A stretch of DNA of 64,000 nt from Candidatus Woesearchaeota archaeon (GTDB lineage Archaea; Nanobdellota; Nanobdellia; Woesearchaeales; GW2011-AR15), in assembly GCA_038874655.1 (NCBI GenBank), contig JAVZBY010000004.1:11116-75115 (forward strand). Reading direction: 5' to 3'. This document shows, in pieces, positions 29,401-38,326 of this stretch (the first letter of the stretch is position 1; each line of letters starts with the position of its first letter). Both the position numbers and the translations under genes were made by a program. The notes under the pieces were generated by a model, which was given only the letters and a program-made list of their open reading frames with translations, had not been told where the DNA came from and did no database searches.

Positions 29401-29715
29401 TTATTTCCCACTTCTCCATACTTTTTTACACTTTTTACATTTATAAAACCTAGTAGGGGGTTCATCTGCTCTTCTCATTTGAACCATCCAAAAATAAACA
29501 CCTTCATTTCCGCAATTCCAGCACTTAATTGGCAAAACATCATCTCCAATATGCTCATTTTCCTCATCAATAATTTCAATCTCTTTGTGTTCTATTTTTT
29601 CTTTTATAACTATTTTCTCATCATTATCATCAATTTTTTTTTTGTAGCCACAGCTACAAATAAAATAACCCTTTTTCGGGATTAAAATAGACTGACAATT
29701 AGGGCAAAATTGCAT
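29401..29715 (-). CDS. tfs: Transcription factor S / RNA polymerase subunit M (TFIIS-type Zn ribbon)
   Basis: N-terminal CPNC..CSC ribbon. C-terminal CWNCG..QMRRADEPPTRFYKCKKC carries the RSADEP signature. Confidence 0.8.
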   Translation of the reverse strand: MQFCPNCQSILIPKKGYFICSCGYKKKIDDNDEKIVIKEKIEHKEIEIIDEENEHIGDDVLPIKCWNCGNEGVYFWMVQMRRADEPPTRFYKCKKCKKVWRSGK

Positions 29716-29740
29716 AGAAATTTAAAATTAATATAATTAT

Positions 29741-30532
29741 TTAATTTTTTAGTTTATTTTCAACTAACTTTATTTCAATATCCCCAAACTGAACCTCTTG
29801 TAATAAATCAATTTTTCTTTGAAAATCCAAATGCAATAAAGGAATAAAAGTAAATACTTTTTCCTCTTTTGTATTATCTGGTAATAAATGCTCAAATTTT
29901 AATTTTGCCTCTTTATTATTTTTTTTGAAAAAAGAAATGATCTTATTATATACATCTTTTATAACTAAGCTAATATCTCTCGGTTTTTCAGGAGCTTTTA
30001 CTTCAGGCTGATTCACAATTTTAGCAGGTCTTCTTTGATAAACTTCTAAAGCCTTTTCTAATGCCTTAACTAAATCAAAAACACTTACTTTTCTTTTTCT
30101 TGGCTGAGGTGTTCTTGGATACAATGTTGGTTTTTCACTTAATTCATTAAAATTATAACTACTTATATCAATAGCACCATTCTCATAATTAACCAATTCT
30201 TCAAAAGGAACCTCATCATTAGAATTTGCACTTGCTATTAAAGCATCTAACGCACTAATATCCTCTTCTAAAAACCTATATGACTTAACTCTTAGCATTA
30301 TTGCTGCAGCCAATAAAACTTTTCCAGAAATCTTTAAATCCATTTCTTTTAATTTTTTTAATCTCTCTAAAAACTTATTTGCCAATAAAGAAACATCAAT
30401 ATCCCAAGGATCCATTTTCTCAGAACTTACTAAATCATAAATCATAGATTGCCATGTAATCTCATCATTATTAAAAAGAATATTAAAAATCTGCTCATTT
30501 GATTTTAACTCTGGATTAATGGCTTCTAACAT
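29741..30532 (-). CDS. scpA: Segregation and condensation protein A (ScpA, kleisin)
   Basis: Conserved N-terminal ScpA block DPWDIDVSLLANKFLERLKK and LLAAAIMLRVKS. Confidence 0.65.
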   Translation of the reverse strand: MLEAINPELKSNEQIFNILFNNDEITWQSMIYDLVSSEKMDPWDIDVSLLANKFLERLKKLKEMDLKISGKVLLAAAIMLRVKSYRFLEEDISALDALIASANSNDEVPFEELVNYENGAIDISSYNFNELSEKPTLYPRTPQPRKRKVSVFDLVKALEKALEVYQRRPAKIVNQPEVKAPEKPRDISLVIKDVYNKIISFFKKNNKEAKLKFEHLLPDNTKEEKVFTFIPLLHLDFQRKIDLLQEVQFGDIEIKLVENKLKN

Positions 30533-30654
30533 TTTTTTTTAATTTTTATGAATACTTAAATAATTAACTCAAATAACACTACAATGATATTATAAATTTG
30601 TATACTAGTATATAAATTTTGCGAAAAATATTTAAATAAAAAAATATTAAAATT

Positions 30655-32232
30655 ATGTTAATGGCAAATTATTTTAAAAAATTTGTATCTTTTAAGATTA
30701 AAAGCAGAAATGTAAATTTATATTTTTCCATTCCAAAAAATAGTTCTGAATTTAATGAAGACTTACTAAATAAAGAATTTGAATTTTTTAAATCCATTTT
30801 ATTAAAACAGCATCCTTTTTTTCAAGATAATAAATTTAAAAATAATTTTGACTTAGCAACTTTGCCTAGAGATAATGAAGCTGAAGAAGAAGAAAGACTA
30901 TTAGCAAAGGATATTTTGCAACTAAAATTAAATTTTAAATATGTAAAAAATATAAATGAAATTAAAGCACCTTCAATAAAATATTTTGAAGAAAAAACTA
31001 TCATGCTTTTAGCACCTTTAATTGGACAAATATTAAAGAGTGATAATAATGTTATTCCTGATGGAGAAGGGGATTTCACAGTAAAAGTTAAAATTGGTAA
31101 AGCTATGGATTTAGGTGAAGAAAATTTAGCTATTGTTTATGAAACGCTCTCTGATTTAGAAACCTTATATCTAGGCTTTCATTATCAATTAATTGCAAGA
31201 TATCTAGTTTTTCCCTATTATCTTAGTGGTGAAAAAACATTTTTTAGTGCCTTTCCTATAAAATGTATAATACATGAGATTCAACATTATAAACAAATGA
31301 CTTTTACTAATTGGGAAAGAAAAGTAAAAAATGCCATAGAAGAAAAATTTACTACTCCTTCTAAATTAAGTCCAAATTCATTATTATTATTTTGGGCCTT
31401 ATGTGAATTATACAAAGAAGCTGAAGCATATTTCATGGATTCAAAAAAAAATCAAAGAAGAAAAATAGACATGAATTGGATCTATAATTTCAGAAAAAAT
31501 TTATTCACTATGGTCTCTCTTCCCAAAAATGAAAAAGAATTATGGGAATTTTATAACAAATATATCGATGAAAACACCTCTTTATATGTTAATGCTCTAT
31601 TAATGATGGCTACAATCTCTTTTGCTGAAGCAAAAAAAGATGGTCATCCTGAACAAATAATCTTATATAAAGATGTCAATCCAGAAATAAAAAAATTAGT
31701 TAATGAAATTGAAGTTATGATAAATGTTCTTTTAAATAATAATAGTGAGAATCTAAATCTTTTAAAAAATAAGATAATTGAATTATACAAATTACTAAAA
31801 CCTTACCTTCCTTATCTAATCGCTAACAAATTAAGAGAAAATATAAATAATCTCTATAATAATAATTTAACAATAATAAAAAAAGGATGCTTAATTATTA
31901 AAAATGAAGTTTTACCTTTTTATGATAGATTTGATTTGTCTAAATTAAATGAGATCATGACAAAAGAAAAAATATTTTATTATGGCCAAGTTCCTGAAAT
32001 TTATGTTAATAGAAGTTTTAATTTTGTAAAAAATTATGTTACATCTACTGGTAAATTATCTCCTGCAACACATTTCGGTTTTATAAAGAAATATGAAGAT
32101 GCATGCAACATTTTAAGAATAGACAGAAACAATAGAGTAATTGATTTATTTTTTTATAAAGAATTAAAAAAATTGACTCTCGAAAAAGATAAAAAAATGT
32201 CAGAACAAAAAGAGGCATATTTATTAGGATAA
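30655..32232 (+). CDS. Hypothetical protein with an HExxH motif
   Basis: 525 aa with no signal peptide. The only candidate catalytic motif is IIHEIQH. Confidence 0.35.
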   Translation: MLMANYFKKFVSFKIKSRNVNLYFSIPKNSSEFNEDLLNKEFEFFKSILLKQHPFFQDNKFKNNFDLATLPRDNEAEEEERLLAKDILQLKLNFKYVKNINEIKAPSIKYFEEKTIMLLAPLIGQILKSDNNVIPDGEGDFTVKVKIGKAMDLGEENLAIVYETLSDLETLYLGFHYQLIARYLVFPYYLSGEKTFFSAFPIKCIIHEIQHYKQMTFTNWERKVKNAIEEKFTTPSKLSPNSLLLFWALCELYKEAEAYFMDSKKNQRRKIDMNWIYNFRKNLFTMVSLPKNEKELWEFYNKYIDENTSLYVNALLMMATISFAEAKKDGHPEQIILYKDVNPEIKKLVNEIEVMINVLLNNNSENLNLLKNKIIELYKLLKPYLPYLIANKLRENINNLYNNNLTIIKKGCLIIKNEVLPFYDRFDLSKLNEIMTKEKIFYYGQVPEIYVNRSFNFVKNYVTSTGKLSPATHFGFIKKYEDACNILRIDRNNRVIDLFFYKELKKLTLEKDKKMSEQKEAYLLG

Positions 32233-32265
32233 TAATAAAATACAAAAATTATAAAATTCTTTAAT

Positions 32266-33648
32266 TTAATTTTTTAGTTCATCTTCAAATATCTTATATA
32301 ATCTCTTCTTGAATTTCAAAGGTATTGTTCTAGAATCATGAATTCCGTAATATTTCTTTTTTAATTCCTCTGCTCTTGGTTCTACACTTTTTAATAATTC
32401 TCTTTTAAATTTATCTATTAGTTCTCCTTTAAAACCATTCTTATAAGCCAAGTAAAATGCATATAATTGCTCTTCTGAACCACAACCTGAAGCATCATAA
32501 CCGACAGAACAACCTTCTTTTTTTTCAACACCAAAACAAGAAAATAAATGCTCGTTTTCTTTAACTAACATGTCAGTCCTAAACCCAATACTTTTCGGAT
32601 CTAGATTATTAGCTAACATAAAAATATAAATTCTAGCACACTTAGAGCAATGCTCACACCAATAATGCTTTTTTCCATATTCATTTTCATCTGGAAAACA
32701 AGACATTTGATATTTACCAATTTCTTTATATCTCTTGTGAAGAATTTTCATAATAGCTAACTCATACAAAGGTTCAATAAAACTTGACACATTCATTCCT
32801 GTTAATAAAAAAGCCATATTATCCATTTCTTTTACCCAAAAACTTGTTTGATCATATACAGGATAACTTAAATATCCATCTTTATTAATATAAGTATCAT
32901 CGCAACTTTTTTCATCACCAAATAAAATATATTTTGCTTTTTCATAATAAGCTATGGGCATTATATCAAAGAAAAGTTCTGTCATTAAATGACCATATCC
33001 TAACTCTGTTCTAGGTAATTTCCAAAACCTATAATCATGAATTACACCTGTACTATTTTCAAAAGTATAAACCTTGACATTAAATTCTTTGGAAAATTTT
33101 TTAATTAATTCCTTTTTATATTCATTTTCTAATTTAACTGCATTATCTAACATAAAAACAGGAATTGGCTCTAAACCTAATTCTTTTGCTAGTGCAAATG
33201 TCAATAAACTATCTTTACCAAAAGACATATTTACTATTACTTTTTCTTTCAGATCAATCTTTTCTTTTGGATACTTTATTTCATAATTAGCAAAAGAAAC
33301 CTTCAAATTCAAAAAATTTTTAATTTGTAATTCTGTTGAAACATTATCTACATCAGCACAAAAACTTAAATTGTTTAAATGTGCATTAAATATTTGTTGT
33401 TTAAATAAAGGATAAGAAGTTTTAAATTCAATCTCTTTTAAATTTGAATTAGAAAATTTCCAATTTTGACTTAACATCTGTGGTAAGTGCAAAACTTTTA
33501 GATATGCATAATTATCAATAAAAATATCTTTGAGATATTCTGGATAATTATCCCATATATCTTTAGAATAAACTAAAAAAAAATCTTTTTCATCTATTGT
33601 TAATTTTAAACCATTATCTGTTTTTTTACAATCAACTTTCATTTTCAC
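32266..33648 (-). CDS. PP-loop ATP pyrophosphatase superfamily protein (PAPS-reductase/QueC-like) with C-x15-C-x2-C-x2-C motif, paralogue A
   Basis: MSFGKDSLLTFALA P-loop of the SGGKDS type. YQMSC..WCEHCSKCARIY cysteine cluster. Aligns along its whole length with the ORF at 35786..37183. Confidence 0.5.
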   Translation of the reverse strand: MKMKVDCKKTDNGLKLTIDEKDFFLVYSKDIWDNYPEYLKDIFIDNYAYLKVLHLPQMLSQNWKFSNSNLKEIEFKTSYPLFKQQIFNAHLNNLSFCADVDNVSTELQIKNFLNLKVSFANYEIKYPKEKIDLKEKVIVNMSFGKDSLLTFALAKELGLEPIPVFMLDNAVKLENEYKKELIKKFSKEFNVKVYTFENSTGVIHDYRFWKLPRTELGYGHLMTELFFDIMPIAYYEKAKYILFGDEKSCDDTYINKDGYLSYPVYDQTSFWVKEMDNMAFLLTGMNVSSFIEPLYELAIMKILHKRYKEIGKYQMSCFPDENEYGKKHYWCEHCSKCARIYIFMLANNLDPKSIGFRTDMLVKENEHLFSCFGVEKKEGCSVGYDASGCGSEEQLYAFYLAYKNGFKGELIDKFKRELLKSVEPRAEELKKKYYGIHDSRTIPLKFKKRLYKIFEDELKN

Positions 33649-33704
33649 AACACTCTATACATTGCTTATCTTTATCATTATTTTTATTTCTTAAATTCTA
33701 ATTA

Positions 33705-34787
33705 CTACCTTCTCAACAAATTATCATTTCTTAACTCAGCACTTAATTCTTTTAATAATCCATATCTTTTCATTGCTTCATATAGAATGCTTAAAATAAT
33801 ATCATCATAACTCATTCCTGCTGTAAAACATGCTTTTGGAAATCTTGAATTTTCCAAAGGATCTGGCATCAATCCAGGCAATGCATTAATCTCTAAAACA
33901 TTCGGAATTCCATTTTTATCCAATCTTATATCTAATCTTGCTAAATCCACACATCCTAAAACTTTAAATGTTTTCAAAGAAACAGCTTTTATCATTCTTT
34001 CTAATTCTTTTGAAATTTGTGCTGGACAAACTACAGGATCAACTGGATTATTTGGATTATCCCAAATCCATTTAACCTCATAAGAATCAAACTTATTAAC
34101 ATGTTCTGGTAAATAATCAAAAGTCACTTCTACAATTGGCATTACTTTTGGAGGATTATTTCCCAATATTGCTACTGTAAATTCTCTACCCTCTAAATAT
34201 TCTTCAACTAAAGCTTCTTGATGATAATTATTTATAACAAATCTTAATTGTCTTCTTAATTCCTCTTCGTTCTTTACTAATGAATCATTTCTTATTCCTT
34301 TTGATGAACCTTCTGCATTTGGTTTTACAAAAAGAGGAAAATTTAACTCTGGATTTAATTTTTGATTCCAATTACTAAAAATCTGAAATTTTGGTGTTGG
34401 AACTCCATAATATTGTAAAATTTCCTTTGTTCTTCTTTTGTCCAAAGTTAAAGCTTGAGTAAAAACACCACTTCCAGTATAAGGTATTCCGAGCATATCT
34501 AAAATAGCAGGAACTTGACTTTCTCGAGAACCTCCATTTAAACCTTCAGCTATATTAAAAACAAAATCATAATTACCATATTTAATTTTTTCAAAAAAAT
34601 CTTCATTTGCCTCAACAATTTCAGCAATAAAACCCTTTTTTTCTAATGCATTTTTAATTGCAGTTGGAACTGCCAAATTATCATACTCAGCATAATAATC
34701 TTCTGGCATATTTGCAGGTGGCTCTTTTTTTAAATTAAAAGCAACTGCAATTCTTGGTATAGGGTTTTTAAAAACAAACTTTTTCAT
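33705..34787 (-). CDS. ddl: D-alanine--D-alanine ligase family ATP-grasp enzyme
   Basis: NIAEGLNGGSRESQVPAILDMLGIPYTGSGV..LDKRRTKEIL parallels the DdlB block [43 protein letters not shown]. C-terminal LEINALPGL ATP-grasp motif. Confidence 0.75.
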   Translation of the reverse strand: MKKFVFKNPIPRIAVAFNLKKEPPANMPEDYYAEYDNLAVPTAIKNALEKKGFIAEIVEANEDFFEKIKYGNYDFVFNIAEGLNGGSRESQVPAILDMLGIPYTGSGVFTQALTLDKRRTKEILQYYGVPTPKFQIFSNWNQKLNPELNFPLFVKPNAEGSSKGIRNDSLVKNEEELRRQLRFVINNYHQEALVEEYLEGREFTVAILGNNPPKVMPIVEVTFDYLPEHVNKFDSYEVKWIWDNPNNPVDPVVCPAQISKELERMIKAVSLKTFKVLGCVDLARLDIRLDKNGIPNVLEINALPGLMPDPLENSRFPKACFTAGMSYDDIILSILYEAMKRYGLLKELSAELRNDNLLRR

Positions 34788-34812
34788 TTATATAGACCTC
34801 CATTTTTATTTT

Positions 34813-35154
34813 TTAAAAATACTTATCCTCTATTTTAGTATTATTTATAATAGCATTAATTATTAAAAAAAATCTTTTAAAATGAGAATAAAAAACAAAA
34901 AATAAAATCAAAATAATTGTAAAAAGAAAAAAAATCTCTAACAAAATAGGATTAAACCCTTTATTAAGGATACTCAATCTATCTCTAAAAAACTGATTAA
35001 CAAAAAATTGACTATAAAAAAGATTTAAATTTAATAAAATTAGAAAATTATAAAATAGACTTGAATTTAAAAATCTAGAATTTAAACTAAACTTTATCAA
35101 ACCTTTTTTAAAAGAATCAATCCTGAAAGACAAACTCAATTGCCTATTTATCAT
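34813..35154 (-). CDS. Small hypothetical membrane protein
   Basis: 113 aa with two predicted TM segments. Lies between the ligase and the acidic peptide gene. Confidence 0.3.
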   Translation of the reverse strand: MINRQLSLSFRIDSFKKGLIKFSLNSRFLNSSLFYNFLILLNLNLFYSQFFVNQFFRDRLSILNKGFNPILLEIFFLFTIILILFFVFYSHFKRFFLIINAIINNTKIEDKYF

Positions 35155-35342
35155 TTAGCTTTTATCACTTCCTTTTTTATTTTTATATTTTGAGTTTATC
35201 TTTGAAATTTTCACAATAGTTATATTTCAAAAAATTATTTTTAACAAAAAAATAAAAGAAAAAGTGGTATATAAATTTATTCATTTTTTTTATCACTTAG
35301 CAAAAAAAATTATTTCTTTCATTAATCTAAAATTGTAAAAAT

Positions 35343-35543
35343 TTAATACTTATCCTCATCATCTTCATAATCTTCGTAATCTTCGTCATCATAGTCTTCA
35401 TCATCATAGTCTTCATCATTATAGTCTTCATCATCATAGTCTTCATCATAATCTTCATCGCTATACTCTTCGTCATCATATTCTTCGTCATCATATTCTT
35501 CAACAAAATCTTCATCTTCATAATCTTCTTCGTGTCTAGCCAT
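35343..35543 (-). CDS. 66-aa poly-acidic Tyr-repeat peptide (D/E-x-D/E-Y tandem repeats)
   Basis: SD GGAGGT 4 nt upstream of ATG 35543. Sequence MARHEEDYEDEDFVEEYDDEEYDDEEYSDEDYDEDYDDEDYNDEDYDDEDYDDEDYEDYEDDEDKY. Coded by 15-bp tandem DNA repeats. Confidence 0.5.
   Translation of the reverse strand: MARHEEDYEDEDFVEEYDDEEYDDEEYSDEDYDEDYDDEDYNDEDYDDEDYDDEDYEDYEDDEDKY
35360..35520 (-). repeat. Imperfect tandem array of a 15-bp unit (catcatagtcttcat family) within the acidic peptide CDS
   Basis: At least four near-perfect consecutive copies over 35387..35450, with degenerate copies on either side. Confidence 0.6.
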
Positions 35544-35547
35544 TTTA

Positions 35548-35553
35548 ACCTCC
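35548..35553 (-). promoter_or_regulatory. Shine-Dalgarno GGAGGT for the acidic peptide gene
   Basis: Minus strand reads ggaggt-taaa-ATG, identical to the RBS context at 15123. Confidence 0.55.
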
Positions 35554-35785
35554 ATCCACACAAATAACTGAAATTTTAGTAAAATCAAATCTATTTAAAT
35601 CTTATTTTTTTTTAGAAACTAAAAAAAATTTAAAACAAAATTTATAATTTGCAAAAAATAATTTACAAATAATTAAAAAAATAGAAACTTATTTAAAGAG
35701 AACCTTTAATAAATAATATTAAAAATATATTTTAAAAAATAGTAAAAAAATTAAGAATAAAAATTATAATTAAAAAAATTAAAAA

Positions 35786-37183
35786 ATGGATGAGCTTTCT
35801 ATAAAATACAGCATATCAAAAAAAGGATTTAATGTAAGAATAAATAATAAAACCTATTCAATAAAATATCCGCAAATAATTTGGGAAACTTTCCCAAAAA
35901 AAATTAAAAAAATAACAATTGAAAATTTTGTTTTTTTAACTACATTTACATTACCAATGCTCTTAAATAAAAGAAAAGCATTTTTTCACATGAATTCTCC
36001 TTTATTAGGAAGTTTTTTTGTTAAACCAATTTTATATTATATCCCTGCATGTGCTGATGAATATAACAGAGATAGCTTTACATTACTAAAAAGGTTTATA
36101 AACTCCACTTATGATTTTAAATCTTATAACCCAACTTTTTTTGATTATAATCCTAAAGTTAATTACAGAAGTGTTCATTTATTCACATTTGGAAAAGATA
36201 GCTTGCTTTCTTATTGCTTAGCAGAAGAATTGAAATTAAATCCTATTTTATTATATGTCGAAGAGCCTGACACAGCATATAAAGATAAAAATGGAAAAAT
36301 AAAAAAAACATATGAAAACAAGCACAAAGACATATTAATAAAAAAATTTAGTGAAGAATTTAAAAAACCTATTTATAAGATAAAACATCAATTAAGCTTA
36401 ACAAGAGAAGCTCCTCACTTAGGTGTTGATGAACCTGAATTACCTTATGGCTCTCAATTAACTGAATATGCTCTATTAACTATTCCCTTTAACCATTACT
36501 TTAAAGCAAAATACATGGTATATGGGAATGAAGCAAGCTGTTCAAGTACTTATGTAAATAAAGAAGGCTTTATAACAAACCCTGTTTATGATCAATCCGG
36601 TGAATGGGTAGTTGAAATTTCTAAGGTTTTGAAAGTATTGACAAAAAAAATGTCAGCAATTTCTTTAATAGAACCAATCCATGAATTATTAATCACAAAA
36701 ATTTTACACACTAGATATCCAAAGCATGCTAAATATCAGATGTCTTGTATGGCAGCAAACAATTATGCAAAATATTCAAGATGGTGTCATAATTGTTCAA
36801 AATGCGCTAGAATGTATGTTTTTTTAAAAGCATTTAATATTGATGTTAAATCCGTAGGTTTTAAAGAAGATATGTTCAAAAAAGAAAAAATGCATTTTTA
36901 CACTTTATTTGGTAAACCTGAAGAAAATGCATTACCTTATGATTTAGCAGGAGTTGGCAGAGATGAAATGTTATTAGCTTTTTATTTATCTTACAAAAAT
37001 GGTTCAAAAGGTTATTTGATTAAAGAATTTGAAAGAAAATTTTTAAAAGAAGCTGAACAAAGAAAAAATGAACTTTATAAAGAATTTTTCAGCATTCATG
37101 AATCTTTAACAATACCAAAAAGAATGCACAAAAAAATAATTAACATATTTAAAGAAGAAATAGAAAAACTAAATTTACCATAA
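35786..37183 (+). CDS. PP-loop ATP pyrophosphatase superfamily protein with C-x15-C-x2-C-x2-C motif, paralogue B
   Basis: LFTFGKDSLLSYCLA P-loop and YQMSC..WCHNCSKCARMY. Shared blocks with the 32266 ORF: PVYDQ, IEPxxELxIxKILH, AFYLxYKNGxKG. Confidence 0.5.
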   Translation: MDELSIKYSISKKGFNVRINNKTYSIKYPQIIWETFPKKIKKITIENFVFLTTFTLPMLLNKRKAFFHMNSPLLGSFFVKPILYYIPACADEYNRDSFTLLKRFINSTYDFKSYNPTFFDYNPKVNYRSVHLFTFGKDSLLSYCLAEELKLNPILLYVEEPDTAYKDKNGKIKKTYENKHKDILIKKFSEEFKKPIYKIKHQLSLTREAPHLGVDEPELPYGSQLTEYALLTIPFNHYFKAKYMVYGNEASCSSTYVNKEGFITNPVYDQSGEWVVEISKVLKVLTKKMSAISLIEPIHELLITKILHTRYPKHAKYQMSCMAANNYAKYSRWCHNCSKCARMYVFLKAFNIDVKSVGFKEDMFKKEKMHFYTLFGKPEENALPYDLAGVGRDEMLLAFYLSYKNGSKGYLIKEFERKFLKEAEQRKNELYKEFFSIHESLTIPKRMHKKIINIFKEEIEKLNLP

Positions 37184-37276
37184 TAATCTAAAAATCAACT
37201 AAAAAAACTTGAAAAAGCATAATTACTTAAAAATTACACAAAAAGAGATATAAAGAACTACCTTTTTTTTATATTA

Positions 37277-38290
37277 ATGAAATTAATCAAAGTAAAAGGG
37301 ACTAATTATCAAATTGGTTATAAATTAGGCCACATATTTTCCTCTGCAATAAAATATAGAATAAAAAAATTTAAAATAACTAAAAGATTAATTGATTCTA
37401 AAAAAGATTATTTAGAAAAAACTTTAAAACTCTGTGAAATATACCCTAATTACTTACTTGAATTAAAAGGAATTTCTGATGGCTCTAATACAAATATTTA
37501 TGAAATTTTAATGCTTAATTTACTAGGATTACTTGATATAAAAAGATGTAGCACAATAGCATATAAAGGAAAAAATAGTTTTATTGCTCATAATGAAGAT
37601 GGGGACACTTTTGAAAGAAAAAAAGATTTTGCATTAATAAAATATGAAAAAATAATTAATGAAATAGAATACAAAAATAAAAATAATAAAAAAAACAAAA
37701 AATTTTATTTTTACTCATACTTTTATCCTGGTGAACTTTTAGGAGCAACATTTTCATGGAATTCTTATGGTTTAATAATAACTGTTAATTCAATAAGGTC
37801 TAGATTAAGCAATATTCCAAAACTGCCAAGAGTTTTTGTAGCAAGAGCACTATTAGAAGCAAAAACAATAAATCAAGCAATTAAAATAATAAAAAATTCA
37901 AAAAGCTCTGGTGGCTTGCATTATCTTATAATGAAAAAAACAAATAAAAAATCAAACAATGTAAAAGAAATAGTTTCAATAGAAAGATATCAGAATTCTA
38001 CTAGTATTGAAAAAATAAATAACATTTATATTCATACTAATCACTATATTCACAAAAAATTTCTAAATAAAACAAAGCCACATAAAAATTCTGTAATAAG
38101 ATATGAAAGATTAAAAGAATTAATAGAACTGCATAGAGATAAAATAATAAATGCAGATAAAGAAATTCTTTTAAAAATTATGAGAGATAGAAAAACAAAG
38201 CCAAACTCAATATACAACAAAAAAAATGATACCAATCAAACTCTTGCTACTTTTATAGCTTTGAAAAATAAAAAATATGTATTTTTATAA
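37277..38290 (+). CDS. Peptidase C45 / acyl-CoA:6-APA acyltransferase-like Ntn hydrolase
   Basis: N-terminal G.NYQIGYKLGH. Candidate nucleophile in KRCSTIAYKGKN, followed by IAHNEDGD, as in the C45/choloylglycine-hydrolase superfamily. Confidence 0.5.
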   Translation: MKLIKVKGTNYQIGYKLGHIFSSAIKYRIKKFKITKRLIDSKKDYLEKTLKLCEIYPNYLLELKGISDGSNTNIYEILMLNLLGLLDIKRCSTIAYKGKNSFIAHNEDGDTFERKKDFALIKYEKIINEIEYKNKNNKKNKKFYFYSYFYPGELLGATFSWNSYGLIITVNSIRSRLSNIPKLPRVFVARALLEAKTINQAIKIIKNSKSSGGLHYLIMKKTNKKSNNVKEIVSIERYQNSTSIEKINNIYIHTNHYIHKKFLNKTKPHKNSVIRYERLKELIELHRDKIINADKEILLKIMRDRKTKPNSIYNKKNDTNQTLATFIALKNKKYVFL

Positions 38291-38326
38291 AATAAATCAA
38301 AAATAAAAAAATAAAAAAAATTTTTA

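Noticed and set aside
33705-34787. Interpreting the Ddl homologue as evidence of a murein or pseudomurein wall
   Set aside because: A single ligase without Mur ligases, MraY/MurG or a racemase in view does not support a peptidoglycan pathway. More likely a repurposed or horizontally acquired enzyme.
35327-35563. Alternative-frame ORF over the acidic repeat (KTMMMK repeats)
   Set aside because: Same DNA as the D/E/Y peptide but in a different frame. It lacks an SD and starts inside the other ORF's SD. The D/E/Y frame has a consensus GGAGGT-N4-ATG and is preferred.
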